The notes under the pieces were generated by a model. The model searched no databases. It was not told where the DNA came from and saw only the letters and a program-made list of their open reading frames with translations. Of a DNA stretch of 64,000 bases, positions 41,173-55,784 are shown piece after piece. The position numbers were made by a program, and so were the translations under genes. This DNA is from Octopus vulgaris (Eukaryota), in assembly GCA_951406725.2 (NCBI GenBank), contig OX597820.1, forward strand, positions 113,956,001-114,020,000, written 5' to 3'. Within the stretch, counting starts at the first letter, position 1. Each line of letters starts with the position of its first letter.

Positions 41173-42821
41173 CACTTGCGTCGGAAATTAATTAGCACTT
41201 CTCAAATTTCTACATTTTCTTACATTTTCTTAATTTAATTAACTTATTATCAGAAACGAACTCGTTTATAATCAAAAATTTATTAAAACATATCCCAGCA
41301 CACCACATAATTGTTATTAATCGTGAAATTTAGTCAATATCTTGTTGCTCCTCCTTTGGCAGCAATGACAGCTGCTACGCGGGTCGGCATGCTTTCTATG
41401 AGTGCCTGCAGGTACTGTGCAGGGATGGCCCCTCATGCAGCAAGAAGTGCCCCAAACAGCTTGTGTCGGTTCAGGTCAGGTGACTGGCCAGGCCAGTCCA
41501 TGACCGTCACCCCATGGTCCTTGAAGAAACCGGTTGTGAGCTTGGCTGTGTGGGAAGGCACGTTGTCCTGCTGGAGCACGTACTCCTCGCCACCAAAGAG
41601 GTATCCCGTACTATCTCAACGTACTTTGCTGCGTTGATGTTGCCTTCGACGGCATAGAGCCGCCCAACACCACTGTAGCTGAACGCCCCTCACACCATCA
41701 GACCACCCCCACCATGCTTCATGGTGAGAGCAATGCAGTCTTTGTTGAAGCGCTCACCCCTGCGGCATCGCACATGGACAGGCTTGTCTCTGACGAGACT
41801 GAATCGCGACTCGTCAGTGAACATCACTGTCCACCACTGCTGCACGGTCCATGTCTTGTGGGCACGGGCCCAGAGCAGCCGCCTCTTCCAGTTTTGGGCT
41901 GTAAGGAGCGGCTTATGGGCGGCCCTACAGGATTTTAGACCAGCTTCCAGTAATCTGGTCTTGACGGTGGTTGTAGACAACTGCTTCCCTGTCATCTTTT
42001 GCATCTCCTCCGCCAGTTGCCGGCTCGTTGCCCTTCGGTTGTACAGCGACTTTCGGATCAGCAACCGGTCCTCCCGCTGGGTCGTCAGCCTCTTCCGTCC
42101 CCTACCCTTTTTGTCAGCTGCTGATTCGGTTTCCTCGTATTTCTTAAATAAGCACTGAATTGTGCGCCTGGCTACACCAAGTTTTCTGGCTATTGCAGCC
42201 TCCGACAGCTTCCCACGCCACGAGAAAGCCTCGTACCGTCTCTCCAAGGTCATGCGAGGTCTTGGGCCCATCTAGGAATGAACATTAAAAACCAGTTATT
42301 TTCATTAAAACTATTCATTTGAATAATGTTATGGTATAACAAAACTGCTATGAGTTATTATTCATTAAACAAAAAAGAAAGAAAGCAGAATTTCTCACCT
42401 TCTTTGATGTATAACAGAAAGTTTTGTGAACCAGAAGTGACGTCATCAAGCAGAGTGTAGGAGAATTTGTGAGGAAAAAAAATCTTGCAAATACACAAAT
42501 CAATTAACCTACGAGCTGTTCAAAACGTCTTACGCGATGAGAAAACTTAGTACGGTGTGATTTCGGTCCTTGCGAGGCGCTACCTATATCTATTAAACAA
42601 AGGAAGATTTGTCTGCATCCGCACTCCAAGTTGTTGTTGCACTGCTATGTCAACATCATTAGGCTGTAGACTCTCAAACTGCTCTGCAAACAAAGTTACG
42701 TCATCGTTCTGCGCAACAGTGAACTCACAACAAAGCAATAGTTCGAGATATGGCCACTAGGTGACAGCAAATACCTTGAGTGAAGAGAAAATCAAGGGTG
42801 CTAATTAATTTCTGACTAGTG
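41173..42821 (-). mobile_element. Second Tc1 transposon with short TIRs, inserted in TA microsatellite
   Basis: TIR cact..gtcggaaattaattagcac / gtgctaattaatttctgactagtg with TA flanks. Confidence 0.9.
41330..42271 (-). pseudogene. Disrupted Tc1 transposase
   Basis: GRGRKRLTT, VMFTDESRF, KHGGGGLMV, QQDNVPSH and WPGQSPDLN motifs; internal stop and deletion. Confidence 0.92.
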
Positions 42822-43320
<499 letters not shown>

Positions 43321-43459
43321 CAAAAGTAAATAGATAGATAGAGTAGAAAACTTGAAGAATGCTGTGTAAAGCTTGACCACAGATATTGGCTACCTGATGT
43401 CATCATACAGTAGAAATGCACATGTTACTAGATTTACTTCAGGGATTCCACAGTGTACA

Positions 43460-43725
43460 TATCATCATCGTTTAACGTCCGCTTTCCATGCTAGCATGGG
43501 TTGGACGATTTTGACTGAGGGCTGGTGAACCAGATGGCTGCACCAGGCTCCAATCTTGATTTGGCAGAGTTTCTACAGCTGGATGCCCATCCTAACGCCA
43601 ACCATTCAGAGAGTGTAGTGGGTGCTTTTTTACGTGCCACCGGCATGGGGGCCAGTCAGGCGGTGCTGGCAACGACCTCGCTCGAATCCTTTTACACATG
43701 CCATCAGCACAGGTGCCAGTAAGGT
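43460..43725 (-). mobile_element. Retroposon 3' end with (GAT)n tail (RTE-related SINE or LINE tail)
   Basis: catcatcgtttaacgtccgctttccatgctagcatggg, also seen at 46890 and 49990. Confidence 0.7.
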
Positions 43726-43727
43726 GC

Positions 43728-43945
43728 CGCAAAGCCATTAAAAAATCAATAGAAGTGACTTTTTTGTGAATTTTCTATGCAAAACCCAATCAAAATGCCT
43801 GAAACTTGATACGCCAATTGAATGCCAGCTAGCTGTATGTGATTGGTCGGAGATTTGGACAGTACTCGCGAGTATGTGCACACGCACGCAGCTATATATG
43901 CATGCACTAGCACTATGACCCGGCAACGCCGGGTTATAGTGCTAG
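43728..43945 (+). mobile_element. Helitron H2 3' half
   Basis: Ends in palindrome ctagcactatgacccgg-caacg-ccgggttatagtgCTAG|T. Confidence 0.85.
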
Positions 43946-44044
43946 TATACGTTAAAACATCATTGCAATTTTTTTTTTTAGTCTGGCGCTTGGGTATCTT
44001 GATTTTCGTAATTTGTTTTACATTTTTTACTTGCTGTTGGTTGC

Positions 44045-44450
44045 TCAATATATCGAGTAAGGCTGGTAGCATTTACTTTCTTTTCTAGTACTTTATTGTT
44101 ATTTGAAAGTCGATAGGTATTTTTGCCACAAACTTCTGCGGTAGTGAAAGGGCCTGTGTGGCGTTCTGTAAAATGCCCTCCTTTTCTGTCCTCTCGAATT
44201 AGCTTTTTTAGCAGAACTTTATTTCCTATACTGAACTGCTGTTGCTTGTGTTTTCTATCGTATTATTCTTTTCGAACGGACTGAGCTATTCTAATATTGG
44301 AGGTAACTCGAGAAATCATATTGTCCCGAATAGCTGCCATAACCTCAATTTTTCTGGATATAGATCGATCGTTTTCAAAACCGTCTCGATCTTTGGCTGT
44401 TAGATTGTGCTGTAGTTCAACTAGAAGTGTAGTTTGCCAGTCATTTTTAT
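44045..44450 (-). pseudogene. Gypsy/Ginger-type integrase C-terminal (GPY/F) remnant
   Basis: Minus frames NIRIAQSVRKE*YDRKHKQQQFSIGNKVLLK then RKGGHFTERHTGPFTTAEVCGKNTYRL. Confidence 0.55.
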
Positions 44451-44568
44451 TTACATTACTTTCACTTTCATTTACAAATGTACATTACGCATACTCACAC
44501 ATAATAAACATCAATACATATATTTAATGGGTTCACTCATTATCTCCCTTGATACAAACTTCTCGTGA

Positions 44569-45849
44569 GTTAGCAAGAAAGTAATTTCGTTTTTTACAAA
44601 TAGAGTTACGAGTTGTTTTAATGACTTTTGTCAATGTTATGATTTTTTTTCCTTTTGACATTTGATAGCCGTTACTTTTAGCTTACTTTAGAAGCAAATT
44701 GCGCGTAATTTTGTTTACAGCTGTTAGTTCAGTGTCAATTTTAACATGGAGTGCAAAAACGAACATTTTCGCCATGATTTGCTTTTTTATTTCCGTAGAG
44801 GCAAGAAAGCTGTTGGGGCTAACAAAGAGATATGTGAAATTTATAGTGCTGATTGCTTAACAGAATGCACCTGTCAGAAATGGTTTTAAATATTCCATTC
44901 TGGAGATTTTTCACTCAAAGGTGACCAATGTTCTGGTCAACCTATTGAAGTTGATGATGACCAAATCAAAGCCGTTATTGAATGATTGTCGTATAACTGT
45001 GCGAGAGATTGCAGAGAGGTTAAATGTATCACACACAACAATTGAAAATCACTTAAAATGTCTTGGACTCGTTAAGAAGCTCGATATTTGTGTTCCACAT
45101 AAATTGAAAAGGATTCACTTAACACAACGAATCAATATTTGAGATTTGCATCCCAAAGGCAATGAAACTGACCCTTTTTTTGAAACGAATCATCACTGGT
45201 GATGAAAAATGGATTGTCTACAATAACCTCAATCAAAAACGATCATGGTCCAAGCGTAATGAACCAGCACAAACCACATCGAATGCTGAACTGCCCGAAA
45301 AAAAGGTCATGCTGTCAATTTGGTGGGATTACAATGGTATTTTGTATTTTGAGCTGCTTCCAAGGAACCAAACAATCAATTCAGATGTTTACTGTCAACA
45401 ACTAATGAAACTGGAGGAAGCAATCAAAGAAAAATGGCCATAATTGGCAAATCATGAAAGGAATCGTGTTCCACCATGATAACACTAGACCACACATGTC
45501 TTTGCTAACTCATGAAAAAGCATTGGAGCTTAGTTGGGAAGTGATGTCACATCCACCAAATAGCCCTGACCTTGCACCATCAGATTACCATTTATTTCGA
45601 AGTTTGCAAAATTCTTTGAGTGGTAAAACTTTCAATAATGATGATGACCTGAAATCACACTTGCTTCAGTTTTTGGCTGATAAGGACCAGAAGTTCTGTG
45701 AGCGCGGAATCATGAAGTTGCTAGAAAAATGGCAAAAGGTATCGAACAAAATGGAAAATATATTGTGGATTAAAGTTCCTTCTTTGTAAGAAAAAAAATT
45801 GACTTTTATTCCACACTAAAAAACCGAAATTACTTTCTTACCAACCTAA
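44569..45849 (+). mobile_element. Mariner transposon fossil
   Basis: TIR gttagcaagaaagtaatttcg / cgaaattactttcttaccaacctaa-TA. Confidence 0.92.
44746..45775 (+). pseudogene. Frameshifted mariner (DD34D-type) transposase
   Basis: CVPHKL (WVPHEL-like), ITGDEKW, HHDNTRPH, SPDLAPSDYHLF. Confidence 0.93.
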
Positions 45850-46338
45850 TATTATTAATTATACTTTCTAGTAATTATACTTGTAAGTTACAGAAGAAAA
45901 TGATGATGATGATAATAAACATAATAATGATTCTCCTCTTTATTATCACGGTGACGAACATTTGGGGAAGGATTTTAGGCGGTGGGGGGTCATCTGAAAC
46001 CGTAGGGGGTAACTTGAAATCGATTTCAAATTATCCCCGGTGGTAATCTGAAAGCGATTTCAAGTTACCGGGGCGGGGGGGAGGGTTAATCTCAATGGGA
46101 GGTAATCTGAAATCGCTATACCAGTACTAAATGATCCACGACTCCTGGATTAAAGCATAAACGATCGCAATGAGTCGAAAGGGGTTGTATCATTAATATT
46201 CACAAAGTGATCTCAGACTTGAGCTCGATGCTGTTGTCAACCTCGAGAGGTTTCAACGCATCTACCTAATTTCAAGATCCGATAGAATTATCTGCAAAAT
46301 CTCAATTCACATTCTGCCATCGTTAAAAGAAGGGGAAG

Positions 46339-46402
<64 letters not shown>

Positions 46403-46406
<4 letters not shown>

Positions 46407-46594
46407 AGAGTTAACGAAAAAAAAAAAACCAAGGACGAAGACAGGTGGTGTACAAAACAAACAGATGTATTAGTATAACGCTCAGGAATAGAAAAAGTCT
46501 TTTACGTTTCGAACCTACGCTCTTCTACAGAAAGAGACAGAGAAAAAACAAAGAGAGAAAAAAATATGTGTAGTGGCTAACTATCTATCATGGC

Positions 46595-46597
<3 letters not shown>
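46403..46597 (-). mobile_element. Penelope-like terminal remnant with hammerhead-like motif, inside (TA)n
   Basis: Minus 46535-46498: tcttt-CTGTAGA-a-gagc-gtag-gttc-GAAA-cg-TA-aaaga. Confidence 0.6.
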
Positions 46598-46635
<38 letters not shown>

Positions 46636-46654
46636 CACACACATATATATATAT

Positions 46655-46869
46655 ACTTTTCTACTCTAGGCACAAGCCCGAAATGTTGGGGGAGAAGGCC
46701 AGTCGATTAGATCGACCCCAGTACGCAACTGGTACCTAATTTATCGACCCCGAAAGGATGAAAAGCAAAGTCAACCTCGGCAGAATTTGAACTCAGAACA
46801 TACAGACAGACGAAATACCGCTAAGCATTTCGCCCGGCGTGCTAACGTTTCTGCCAGCTCGCCGCCTTA
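46655..46869 (-). mobile_element. SINE family B
   Basis: Matches other family B copies. Confidence 0.88.
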
Positions 46870-46943
46870 CACAAACATATATATAGTCCCACCTATGCTA
46901 ACATGGAATGCGGACGTTAAACGATGATGATGATGATTATGAT

Positions 46944-46984
<41 letters not shown>

Positions 46985-48329
46985 GCAGACAGACAGATGG
47001 GCGTGCGTGCGTAGCGTTATAAAAAATCACTAATAACTAATCTGGCACAAGAATTTCGACACCTAAGTGTCGAAATTCTTGTGATATTTGGTTTATAACT
47101 GATGGGGGGATTTGGTCTTGTCCGTATTTATTATGTGTATGTTTTACTCGTATTCCGTAGTTCCCCTGTGTTAAATATAGATGTGTGCGCGTGCATGCGT
47201 GCGTACGTGCTAATTGGTTTGGATCATGCCAATCATGGCTATTAACTCGATAGTTTCCAGCATGTAATTGGCTACCGGTTTGCACTGTAGAAACATTGAT
47301 AAATAAATTAATCAATTAATAATTTACCCATTTTATCATTTTGTTATAACATTGAGAACGATTATGTAACGATATTAGTTACCCCACAACTCCAATCCCA
47401 GTAGTTGCATTAGTTACGTATGTAATGTGGGAAAGAAATAAAAGGAGATAAATAGGCAATATCAGTTTAATCGGAAAATCTTAGGGGGTAATTTTTTCCC
47501 ACTATAGATGAAATCGACTGATAGACTGATCTAAATGGATCTGGTTTTTTAAAATCCAGAAACCATCTAGTAAAAACAACAGCCTTCATCATCTTACGCT
47601 CGCTTTGCACGGGTTGGATGGGTTGTCATGGTCCGAGATGGTTCTTATCTATAGCTACAGCTCTCCTAGTTAGTCGCAGGTCCTCATCCCGTTTGTACAT
47701 CTGATTTTGACATAGTTATTTGGCCAGACGCCCTTCCTTACACCAGCTACTTCGAAACAGTGTTCTGGGTGCATTTTATTATGGCATCCGTATTAGTGCG
47801 ATTGTCATGTTCTCAGTAATGGTAAAGAGTCCTCTTGACCTGATGTTGTCTCTATTCGTTCACCAACCATTTTACAGAGTGTACTGGGTATATTTTATGA
47901 TGGCAGTCCATACCGTTTATGGTAACGTGGCTAAAAAGGGGGATAGAAAAGAGGGTGATAACAGATGAACAAGAGCGAGAGGTTGGAAGAAGTAAGGATA
48001 CAATGTGCTGAGTGTTCGAGAAAGAGTTAATGGAAGAAAGAGTACTTACAAGAGTAATGGGGGAGAGACAACAATATTACAGAGAATGATGTGAGAGAGA
48101 CAGTAATAGCAGATATATGTTTTCTGGTAAGAAAGGATGCGAAATTAAACATGGATGGAGCCGGGACACTCCTCGTTAAACAGTCGCCAAGATATAGTAA
48201 TATAGAAGGGGGTGGGGCAGAGGATGAGCAGTAGAGAGATGAGAGTGTGTTGGAAAGTCGGTGAGGATTGCTGACGACAATTTGATGAAGCAAAATGGTT
48301 GAGAGACCCAAATCTAGATATATATTATA

Positions 48330-48800
48330 CATCCAAGCTTTTTGTCATTACCACCATTTTGATGTTCGTTTCTTTATGCCTTCATGGTGAGACTGGTTTC
48401 CAGGACTGCATCAGTCGTTGCTGTCCTTCGTCATTTCTTTTGTAGGCTCAGTATCTTAAGTCTCTACTACTTCGTCTTTCACATGTTCCTTCCATTTTCA
48501 ACATTCAACACTTCTTTATATAACTATCCTTCACATAGTTATCCTTTCTTGTACACTACATCCGATTCCTCTCATATTCAGGTTTTCCATCTCATTTGTA
48601 CTCTAACTCATCCACCGACGTATACTCGCTTCATTTCTTTCTAGACTTCGCAAATCCTTGGCATTCAGAGCCCACGTCTCACTCATTTCACACACAAACA
48701 TCATATAATCTGCTGTTCACTTTGAGTGAGAAACCATTGGATCATCTCGGTAACAGAAGCTATCAACTACGTCTGGTCAGCCTCCCAAGCATTTAAAGGA
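48330..48800 (-). mobile_element. Decayed RTE-clade LINE 3' fragment
   Basis: Minus frames GFSLKVNSRLYDVCV and SETWALNAKDLRSLERNEASIRRWM. Confidence 0.6.
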
Positions 48801-49099
48801 ATTTATTTCGTGAATATAACTATTTATATGTCTGTCACATACATACAAAGTCTACCGTCTCTGTCAGTCTGCCTGTGATCCTACAGCACCTTGTTTAGCC
48901 AAGTACATCATAGAGAGATTCTACCTATTTCTTTTCTGCATAATGATCCTGACTATTTCCATGATGATTGCAAGATCCTGTCTCTTTTCCTACTCTATAA
49001 GACTTTGGTCTTTACTATGTTTACCTTGGGGCTTCTTAATTCTAGGGTTTCTTTTCATACACCACCGGAAGTTGTTGACAAACAACAGCAGTAAATTTA

Positions 49100-49330
49100 T
49101 TCAGCTGAATATGTCATTGATTGGTTGAAATTACCGAAATATAACTTTAACAAGAAATTACTTTCAGAATAGAGAATTTTCTCAACAACACCAAGAGTAA
49201 AAGATGTTTTATGTGACACATTCTACAAGTATACGAAGTTTGAAAGTGTTTAGTTACAAAAAATTATTTTTTAAATCTGTCGGTCAAAAGGTACTTTACC
49301 TTTTGACCGACAGATTTTAAAAATCCCAAC
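49100..49330. mobile_element. Partial GGATC MITE ending in a fold-back of its TIR
   Basis: aaatctgtcggtcaaaaggta-ctt-taccttttgaccgacagattt. Confidence 0.75.
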
Positions 49331-49989
49331 CTTAAACGTGTTTCTCAGACTCATCTCTCTTATCATACTCTCCGGTATCCTCTTATTCTGTGGAATGGAC
49401 AAGATGGGTATCATTTCAATATTCCACGGATTGAACCTGCAACAGGATAGCCAATTACAAACAAAAAGGTGTCGTCGTCAAATGACTTCTATTCTTACCA
49501 ACAATTTTAGAATGACTTTTTTTTGTCAACCGCTAAAATAACTGACCAACGAAAATAAAACCAGCCGAGATTCAACCAAATCAAAAAATAAACCCAACTA
49601 CTAAGCCAACAAAGATGAACCATCCCACTTCCATTGCACGTACACATACACACATACAAACACACTCACATTCACATACCCCCCTTTTACATACACACAC
49701 ATATATTCACACAGAGTTGAAGCGCTGTTTGATTTAATATTTTCAGCGAACAATTTTCATCATCCCACTACCAAGTATGACATCACCCCTTCCTTCCTTA
49801 TTCATAACCACAAGATTATTATTATAGTAGATTATCTTAGTAACCATGGGAGCTATGAAATAGAAACACAAAGCCCAGCATCACGACCGGATCATTCTAC
49901 ACATCTGTGTAATTTCTCGCGCAATTCCACACAGCCGTTTGTCCGTGAATCCCCAGACAAGAAAGAATCGCCCAGGTCAAATATATATA

Positions 49990-50313
49990 TCATCATCATC
50001 ATCGTTTAACGTCCGCTTTCCATGTTAGCATGGGTTGGACGGTTCGACCGGGGTCTGGGAAGCCAGGAGGCTGCACCAGGCTCCAGTCTGATCTGGCAGT
50101 GTTTCTACAGCTGGAGGCCCTTCCTAACGCCAACCACTTCGTGAGTGTAGTGGGTGCTTTTTACGTGCCACAGATGCCAGGGGAGGCTGGCAACGGCTAC
50201 GATCGGTTGGTGCTTTCGTGGCCGTTGCCAGCCTCCCCTGGCACCTGTGCCGGTGGCACGTAAAAAGCACCCATTACACTCACGGAGTGGTTAGCGTTAG
50301 GAAGGGCATCAAG

Positions 50314-50318
<5 letters not shown>
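49990..50318. mobile_element. (GAT)n-tailed retroposon fragment with internal inverted duplication
   Basis: Arms 50106-50202 and 50216-50318 are approximate reverse complements. Confidence 0.8.
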
Positions 50319-50372
<54 letters not shown>

Positions 50373-51292
50373 TACATATATATATAGTATGGTTTGAATG
50401 GGATTTAGGTGATATTTCTAGTGGATCGAACGAACATGTGGCGTCTCTTTCGTTGGTTTGGCAGAAGTTTTTAGTAAAAGATCGGCAGTATTGAGACATG
50501 GGGAATGTGACGGTATGAGCTAAGTATTTCTTTGCAATTAGCAATAATTACACCTCCCATTCGCCTCAGAATAAGGTGACGTGGGCAAGGTGAAAAACAG
50601 CTTGCTAATGCAGCAACCATTGTAGTATTTGGTCGCAGTCACATAGAGGAGGCAACGAACGTTGTTGAGTTTGGTGATTGTTGTGTTTGTAGAATGCCCT
50701 TGAGGCAGGCGTCGTGATGTTCCAACTTCGTGACATGTTTATATTGTGGCTGTTGTTGACGTTGGCGACATGTCACACTACTTCACATCTTTGATACTAT
50801 AAATCTGTCCTTGTCCAAAACGGACATCCACCCCTCCACCGTCATTTCTACATGGTGTAGCATCATTTGTTTATAGCCCTTTATTTTCTCTCTCCTCCTC
50901 CTCCTCGTTCTCTGTGTTCACCTCCCTATTGTTTTCTGAAAAAGCAGTTACATCTGCTGTCTGATTACTTTAACACTCTCTCTTCCTCTGTCGATCCATC
51001 ACGCCCCACCCCCATATATCTGTCTGTCTGTCTATCTACCTATCTCTCTCTATATATATATGTCTGTCTACCTATATATCTATCTATCTATCTGTTTGTC
51101 TGTCTATATATCTGTTTGTCTGTCTATCTATCTATCTGTCTGTTTATCTATCTATCTATATATCTATCTGTCTGTCTATCTATTTCTATTTGTCTATCTA
51201 TCTATCTGTCTGTCTATCTATCTGTCTATCTATATATCTATCTGTCTCTATATCTATCTTCTATCTATCTATCTATCTATCTATCTGTGCAT

Positions 51293-51370
<78 letters not shown>

Positions 51371-51815
51371 CATATATACCTTACTGTATCTCCCTTTCTT
51401 TCTATCTCTTTATCTTTCTGTATATCTCTTTCAGTGGTTCCTATAACTTTTTAGCTGCAGTGTAATATGGTCGTTTTGTGTGTGTGCGTGCGGACTTCAT
51501 TTTATAGTTGCATCTCTGTGTGCTTGCTTTGTTTATTCCCGCCTCATTCCGTATTGATCAAGTCCAATGTGTCGTCCTTCATGTTTTAAGTCAATTCGCA
51601 GTGATTTAAGGTAGATTGGGCTGCAATTTTGATGCTTCAAGCCGACCTTTCATTAGCTTTGTGTCTATATCCACCCATTTATACATACAAACAAACAAAA
51701 ATACCCTGTTGTTGATGTTGAAATTCCAATGAAGGAGCTTTGGATCTAGGTTAGAAACTGGCCTTTTCTCTATGGCAAGAAATCTTGAAATACATACATA
51801 TATAAACACACACAT

Positions 51816-52570
51816 CTTTTATTCTTTACTTGTTTCAGTTATTAGACTGCAGCGGTGCTGGAGCACCACCTTGAATTTGTGTCGAACGAATCGACCCCAG
51901 TACTTGTTTTAAGTCTTGTACTTATTTTATCGGTCCGTTTTGCCGAACCGCTAAGTTATGAGGACGTGAGTACACCATTACTGATTGTCAAGTGGTGGTG
52001 GAGCACAGGCATGGGATCTTTTCGGTTTGACCGGCAGTTTTTAAAAAATAATTTCCACGTAACTAAACACTTCGTATACTGGTAGAATGTGTTTATAAAA
52101 CATCTTTTTCTCTTGGCTTTATTGAGAAAATTCTATACTTTGTAAGATATTTGTTTTTTTTTCTTCAATTTCTGCAATTTCAACCAATCAATGACGTCTA
52201 TTGAGGTGAAAAACATTCTGTGCCGTATGAATATGTCCCTCGTTTAAGAAAGAGATTGGGTTTATTTACATTTGCGAAGAAAAAAAGATACCCTTCCCCC
52301 ACCCCTAACCCTAAAACAGATTGAAATGCAATAGATCGATACTAGGGTCATAATTATGGGTGATAATTTCATTTGACACCGCTAGAAAAAAACTGCCATT
52401 CAAACCGAAAAGATTCCAGGCACGCATGCACGCACACACACACACACAAAACAGGCTTCTTTCAGTTTCCGTCTACTGAATCCACTTACAAAGTTTTGCT
52501 AGACTCGAGGCTATAGTAGAACCCAGAACCGTTTAATTAGGGAGCATCCTTTTTACCTCATAGCCACGCT
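51816..52570 (-). mobile_element. SINE family A interrupted by a MITE
   Basis: Tail at the left, head remnant at the right. Confidence 0.75.
52014..52416. mobile_element. GGATC MITE
   Basis: TIRs plus 8-bp TSD caggcatg/caggcacg. Confidence 0.9.
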
Positions 52571-52600
52571 ACGGTAACCGTAACCTATATGGATATGGCT

Positions 52601-52825
52601 AAGGCGGCGTGCTGGCAGAAACGTTAGCACGCCGGTCGAAATGCGTAGCCGTATTTCGTCTGCCGTTACGTTATGAGTTCAAATTCCGCCGAGGTCGACT
52701 TTGCCTTTCAGCCTTTCGGGGTCGATAAATAAAGTACCAGTTTCGCACTGGAGTTGATGTAATCGACTTAATCCCTTTGTCGTTCGTCCCCTCTGTGTTT
52801 AGCCCCTTGTGGGCAGTAAAGATAT
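52601..52825 (+). mobile_element. SINE family B
   Basis: ggcggcgtgctggcagaaacgttagc head and GAGTTCAAATTCC B-box. Confidence 0.9.
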
Positions 52826-53171
52826 ATGAATATGGCTGCATAAGTGCCCCCTCCCTTCATCGGTCCCCCTTTATTTTTCGTATATGTGTATGCGTATTTG
52901 TGTGTCCGTGTGTACGAGACAGCTAGACTGAATGCGTGTAGATACGTGTTTGCGTGTACACACACATACGTACACTGTATACACACACATACGTACACTG
53001 TATACACACACATACGTACACTGTATACACACATACATGTATTTGTGTGTGTGTGCGCGCGCGTGTATCGTTGTCACTTGCGTGTCAGTATTTTGAATCT
53101 TTACAAATATTTTTACCCTTATTCTATTTGTATTTGTTTGTCTTTGTTATATACGCGTGCGCGCAGTACAT

Positions 53172-53216
<45 letters not shown>

Positions 53217-53368
53217 TTTTTACTTTGTCTTCGTACTGTGTGTGTGTGTGTGTTTGTATATGTATATATATATATACATATATATATACATATATATACA
53301 TACGTTCTTGATGGCTTGTATGTGTTTGTTTGAGTGTATGTAGTTGTGTGTGTGTGTGTGTATATATA

Positions 53369-53402
<34 letters not shown>

Positions 53403-53658
53403 CACACACATATATATACATACGTTTTTGATGGCTTGTTTACGTTCTTGGCTTGTATGCGTTTGTGTGAGTGTATGTAGTTGTGTGAGTGTATGTAGTT
53501 GTGTGTGTGTATATATATATATATGTGTGTGTGTGTGTATATATATACACACATATATATATATATACATACATATATATATATATATATACATACGTTC
53601 TTGTTGGCTTGTATGTGCTTGTGTGAGTGTATGTAGTTGTGTGTGTATATATATATAC

Positions 53659-53698
<40 letters not shown>

Positions 53699-53704
53699 AT
53701 ATAC

Positions 53705-53737
<33 letters not shown>

Positions 53738-54366
53738 CATACGTTTTTGATGGCTTATGTGAGTGTATGTAGTTGTGTCGTTAAATGAGGTAAAAATAAT
53801 CAATTTGTATTCAAATACATATCGTATGTATATATATACTCTTACACAAACATGCAGGAACACCCATACATATACATGCATGTTCTTTTGTTCCAGGCTA
53901 ATTTCCATTGAACAAACACAAAGGCTTTCCAACCGTGCCTATTTCGTCTTTTCCTTTATTTAGGAGTACACGATAAGAACGTGTCCTGGCTAAAGAGAGT
54001 TTAATGAGTTGAGGGATATTTACAAGCTATTTTTGGCAGATCGAGTGACCACGTAGACAGTCTCTTTCGTTTACATGTATTCGCTCTTGGTGTAATGTTA
54101 CAAACAAACATACACACACGCTCGCACATATATGTGAAAACCCGTGTGTGTATGTCACCCAGCGCTTAACAACTGCTTACGTCCCCGTAACTTAGCGGTT
54201 CGGCAAAATATCGGTCGATAGAATAAGTAACAAACATTTAAAAAAATGGCACTGGTGTCAGTTTGTCCGATTATTATTATTATTACTATTAAAGAAGAAA
54301 TTGGCAAGTTAAACTTCCCAATCTCCATTTTCTTTCTCTTTTATATAAATATAAACTATGTTTATG

Positions 54367-54400
<34 letters not shown>

Positions 54401-54402
54401 AA

Positions 54403-54495
<93 letters not shown>

Positions 54496-54559
54496 GGCGG
54501 TGCCCCAGCATGGCCACAGCTCATTAGCTGAAACTGGAAAAATCAAATCAAAAATCAAA

Positions 54560-54623
<64 letters not shown>

Positions 54624-54626
54624 AAC

Positions 54627-54776
<150 letters not shown>

Positions 54777-54803
54777 TATATATATAATAATATAAACTAT
54801 GTT

Positions 54804-54860
<57 letters not shown>

Positions 54861-55250
54861 TTTATTTAAAAGCAGCAAGGAACGTGAAACTTCGAGTAAC
54901 AGCTTTTGTTATATTTCTGCTGCTTTTAAATAAAGCATATTACTCTACCTCTGGTATTTGAGTACTATTTTTTCCACCTTGTTTCACATTTATGTGCTTA
55001 CTCCGGTATATATATATATATATTATTTTAAAGGAATTAATTCCCCCAAAATACTAGGTATTGAACCAGTATTTCCTTGGATGAAACTATCCTTTCATGA
55101 AGTTAACACAACCTCTAATCGAATACACACACACACATATAAGAAAAAGATAGACGAAACATTGGGCCCTTGAGTCACATATGTAACTTTACAATTAACT
55201 GTCTACCTGTCTATTTGAAGTGTCTTTTAGACCATTTGTCAGGCTCTCTC

Positions 55251-55316
<66 letters not shown>

Positions 55317-55784
55317 CCTCTCCCTTTATATATATATATCTGTGTATGTGAGGTGTATGTATTATATTCTTTAAAACCGTTAAGGCACATGAGTGATTCG
55401 TGGGTCTGGAGCCTCGTACCAGAGCACTTACCAAATTTGGGTAAATGCTCAGGTACGAAACTCTAGGCTCCTGCATTATTGACGGTGCTTGTATATATGT
55501 ATGCATGCATGCATGTATGTATGTACTCATGCGGGCACGCGAGTGCAAAACAAGGAGAAAATTGCACTCGAATATCAAAAGTTGAGTAAAATATTGGCAT
55601 TTTATTGTAGCTGTTACATAAAACACTAGGTAACAGTTTGTGAAGTTTTTCCAACTACCAATAAAACATCATATATATATAAAGTAAAGATTATTTGCCA
55701 ACATAATGTGACAGTACCGGTTGGGATGAATGTTACTGTTGTTCCAACCGGGACAACCACATTATGTTGGCAAATAATCTTTAC

